Shown: piece by piece, positions 63,843 through 64,000 of the stretch | Layout of the letters: the number at the start of each line of letters is the position of its first letter | Position numbering within the stretch: position 1 is the stretch's first letter | From: an uncultured archaeon | Lineage (GTDB): Archaea > Iainarchaeota > Iainarchaeia > Iainarchaeales > CAZILS01 | NCBI GenBank assembly: GCA_964540145.1 | Contig: CAZILS010000001.1 | Span: 277,540 to 341,539 of the forward strand | DNA: 64,000 nt | Direction: 5' to 3' | Made by a program: the position numbers and the translations under genes | The notes under the pieces: generated by a model | Databases searched by the model: none | The model's input: only the letters and a program-made list of their open reading frames with translations | Told to the model about the DNA's origin: nothing

Positions 63843-64000
63843 TCTCCATAAGAATCAGTGAAGGTTCTCCCCCCTATCGCACATGCGCTCCCCCCGCAAT
63901 ATGCAAGAGGCGGAAGAGGAACAATCCCCTGTTTTAGGTCCAAACCCCTTAATTAGTGTTTCCATAGGGATTAGGGCGGCAGCAGGGCCGGCGCCGGGAA

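Overview
This 64-kb window looks like a gene-dense fragment of an uncultivated anaerobic archaeon. Archaeal markers are Pus10, a DUF123 GIY-YIG protein, Lrp, TATA-type promoters with leaderless starts, and two tRNA genes with bulge-helix-bulge-type introns. I did not compute GC content. By eye most of the window is around 50% GC, with one clearly AT-richer island. I support about 75 protein-coding genes, mostly on the minus strand, and 5 tRNA genes: Asp-GUC, Thr-UGU with a 110-nt intron, Glu-CUC with a 56-nt intron, Met/Ile2-CAU and Thr-GGU. Housekeeping content includes a partial V-type pyrophosphatase, CaCA antiporter, P-type Ca2+-ATPase, ZIP, CorA, MATE and Na/Pi transporters. It also includes isopropylmalate/citramalate synthase, a class III aminotransferase, LysA, GlnA with a divergent Lrp, a DEAD-box helicase, and a near-complete histidine operon (hisD-HAD-hisC-hisB-hisH-hisF-hisA-hisI-hisG-hisS). 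The most interesting items are: (1) an H-domain-only [FeFe]-hydrogenase with a TM1266-like small regulator nearby and no HydE/F/G maturases in the window. (2) A seven-gene Fe-S/NifX-like cofactor-handling cluster of unknown function (DUF134, DUF5320, two MinD-ferredoxin ATPases, radical SAM, two NifX-like proteins). (3) A 2.6-kb AT-rich island carrying Fic, PIN and RHH genes, bounded by 123-bp near-identical direct repeats. (4) A 380-nt GC-rich structured intergenic segment that may be an ncRNA. (5) Unusual tRNA loci with long or relaxed introns and a triplicated 3'-end/trailer next to an orphan RelE-like remnant. (6) An unannotated 47-aa CxxC-x17-CxxC zinc-ribbon gene opposite the helicase. 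I saw no rRNA genes, CRISPR arrays, transposases or integrases. All family assignments come from reading motifs in the translations by eye. No database search was run.
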